Source: Methanothermococcus sp. Ax23 (lineage in GTDB: Archaea > AGJL01 > Methanococci > Methanococcales > Methanococcaceae). Taken from it: a DNA stretch of 64,000 nt. The translations under genes and the position numbers were made by a program. A model generated the notes under the pieces. That model searched no databases, was not told where the DNA came from, and saw only the letters and a program-made list of their open reading frames with translations. Below are positions 62,202 to 64,000 of this stretch, piece after piece; the stretch's first letter is position 1, and every line of letters begins with the position of its first letter. The stretch lies in the NCBI RefSeq assembly GCF_049075655.1, contig NZ_CP157522.1, positions 512,001 through 576,000 on the forward strand, in the 5' to 3' direction.

Positions 62202-62912
62202 TTAGTTTAGTAATTTACCATCAATTGATACAACACGTTTGTTTATTTCGCAGTCGATTCCATCAAGTGCCTTCTTCACTAAATTATACATTGCTGAACA
62301 GCAGGGAACGCTCATAATTACAACATCTACTTTCTTTATGCCGTTTAATTTGACTATTGCCCTTATTTTTTCGGCATATCCTGAAATATCATCCAATTTT
62401 GGGCATCCAATCGCCACAACTTTTCCCTTTAAGAATTTTTTGTGGAAATTTGCGTATGCGAATGGAACACAGTCCGCCACTATTGCCAATTCAGCATTTT
62501 TGAAGTAGGGTGCCATCGGATTTAGAAGGTGAAGCTGAACAGGCCAGTTTATTAGTTCTGAGCTCAGTTCAATATCATCATCTTCATGCCCAACATCTGC
62601 CTCTCTATTAAAGGTTCTTGCTACTGAGCTCGGACATGAATGACCTGCATGACTGCCACATCCACCTTTCTTTTCACCCTCATTTATCTCAACTTCTTCT
62701 TTTATTATATTCAAGGCATCAACAGGACATACATCCAAACAGGAGCCCACTCCATCGCAGTAGATTTCTTTATCCTTATTCACCTTTACCTTCCCCGTTT
62801 CCTCGTCAGGAATTAGGATATTTTCCTCGCAGGCATCAATACATAGCCCGCATTTCTCATATCCTATACATTTGTCCTGGATTACCTCAACTTTATATTT
62901 GGTTATTTTCAT
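62202..62912 (-). CDS. Hcp-associated Fe-S protein
   Basis: Two ferredoxin motifs, NWPVQL, ADC, GCPKLD, VPCC. Confidence 0.85.
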   Translation of the reverse strand: MKITKYKVEVIQDKCIGYEKCGLCIDACEENILIPDEETGKVKVNKDKEIYCDGVGSCLDVCPVDALNIIKEEVEINEGEKKGGCGSHAGHSCPSSVARTFNREADVGHEDDDIELSSELINWPVQLHLLNPMAPYFKNAELAIVADCVPFAYANFHKKFLKGKVVAIGCPKLDDISGYAEKIRAIVKLNGIKKVDVVIMSVPCCSAMYNLVKKALDGIDCEINKRVVSIDGKLLN

Positions 62913-63208
62913 AATATCACATTGCATAAATTTTATTTTTTAAATTTCACAATATTAAAGGTGTATTTAATAGTATAAAAAGATTTTTGACTGTTTTATG
63001 TCAAAAAAAGCTATAAAAATTGTTCTTTTTCATTCATGATTTGATATAATTGTTATGAAAAAAATTTAAAAATTTAATATTGTTTAAAAAATTAGATAAA
63101 TATAACGAAATAACCTTAAAAAGTTATTTAAAATAGAAATACGACAGCATGCTTAGTTTATACTATTTTCCGGACATATGTCTCCTTTACACATTTGATT
63201 TAAAATCG

Positions 63209-63490
63209 TTAATTTGGAAATCTCAGAGCTCCGTATCGGCATGCACTTAGACACAGTGAGCATCCTTTTACACAGTTGGATTTATTTTTTACTACGACTT
63301 TGCCATTTTCAATATCATAAACCCCGTTCCTGCAAAATTTATAACATAATGTGCAGCTTTTACACTTATCGTAATCGATTGTAGGCCCCCATACTTCATT
63401 CAATGATTTATCATTTCCTTCTATTTCTTTTTCTCCATTTTTATTTTCCCTATTTTTCCTTTTAAATATATTCATTATTTTTGAAAACAT
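63209..63490 (-). CDS. ferredoxin
   Basis: CKSCTLCYKFC, CVKGCSLC...C. Confidence 0.85.
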   Translation of the reverse strand: MFSKIMNIFKRKNRENKNGEKEIEGNDKSLNEVWGPTIDYDKCKSCTLCYKFCRNGVYDIENGKVVVKNKSNCVKGCSLCLSACRYGALRFPN

Positions 63491-63507
63491 AATACTCCCC
63501 TAATAAT

Positions 63508-63915
63508 TTAAAAAATAACTACTTTATCATATATTTTTCCATCTATTTTATCCACCTTATCATAAAATTTGGAAACATCTTTTGAATTGCCCTCTACAAT
63601 AAAAATCTCTACTTTTTTATTTTTTCCGCAGGATGTGGTAATATACGACTGGTTTATTGATTTTACTATGTCGTTATGTTCAAAGTATGCCTTACTCATT
63701 TCTTCCATTGCCTTTTTTGTTGGAGTATATACAACGATAATAATGCCACTAACATTACCATCTTTATTCAACTGATTGCTTTCTAAAACATGCTTTCTTG
63801 TGGCATCCCTTATGAGCTCACTTCTACTTGAATATCCCTTCTTTTCTACAACTTCATCTATCTCCTTTAAGAGAAACTTTGGGAAGGATAAACTAATTCT
63901 TTCAACATTTACCAT
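63508..63915 (-). CDS. NikR-like ribbon-helix-helix regulator
   Basis: RISLS.P..LL..ID, YSSRSELIRDA, E.FIVEG. Confidence 0.85.
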   Translation of the reverse strand: MVNVERISLSFPKFLLKEIDEVVEKKGYSSRSELIRDATRKHVLESNQLNKDGNVSGIIIVVYTPTKKAMEEMSKAYFEHNDIVKSINQSYITTSCGKNKKVEIFIVEGNSKDVSKFYDKVDKIDGKIYDKVVIF

Positions 63916-63919
63916 GGTG

Positions 63920-64000
63920 CTATCCCCTCATATTTTTTATATACTCTGGTGTGGTATCCTGCGGGACGCCATAATGAAACTCCCTTGAAGCTTCAAAAAT
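63920..64000 (-). CDS. 3' end of a gene truncated by the window edge
   Basis: Open frame IFEASREFHYGVPQDTTPEYIKNMRG* ending just before the nikR-like start. Confidence 0.55.
   Translation of the reverse strand: MFEASREFHYGVPQDTTPEYIKNMRG

Noticed and set aside
677-63988. Numerous 60-160-aa ORFs antisense to or overlapping assigned genes
   Set aside because: Shadow frames of well-supported CDSs with no motifs or RBS

Overview
AT-rich archaeal chromosomal window from a Methanococcales methanogen, most likely Methanothermococcus-like. The assignment rests on the S-layer gene, histone, Alba, cfbD, methanogenesis marker 5, GGTGA ribosome-binding sites and BRE/TATA promoters. It carries housekeeping genes, initiator tRNA-Met, a Thr-Pro-Tyr-Lys-5S-Asp-Lys-5S-Asp operon, a split glutamate synthase operon with an FrhB-like subunit, a vapBC pair, and a ~14 kb redox-stress/sulfur-relay cluster with a Ptr2-like regulator. 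Four signals are not explained by the gene list. (1) Four copies of a protein-free IS200/IS605-type mini-element (TTAC left flank, TCAG right end) that keeps an internal TATA-like box and a covarying structured segment resembling a TnpB guide-RNA scaffold; the three complete copies have different 3' flanks. (2) A family of short triloop-hairpin modules that forms arrays, nests in the IS ends, sits between duplicated gene ends and inserts in frame into arsC. (3) About 89 GAGCTC palindromes by manual count against roughly 4-5 expected, while GATC is almost absent. (4) An HmdII/III-like protein whose C-terminal dimerisation domain is tandemly duplicated. All calls were made by eye without database searches.
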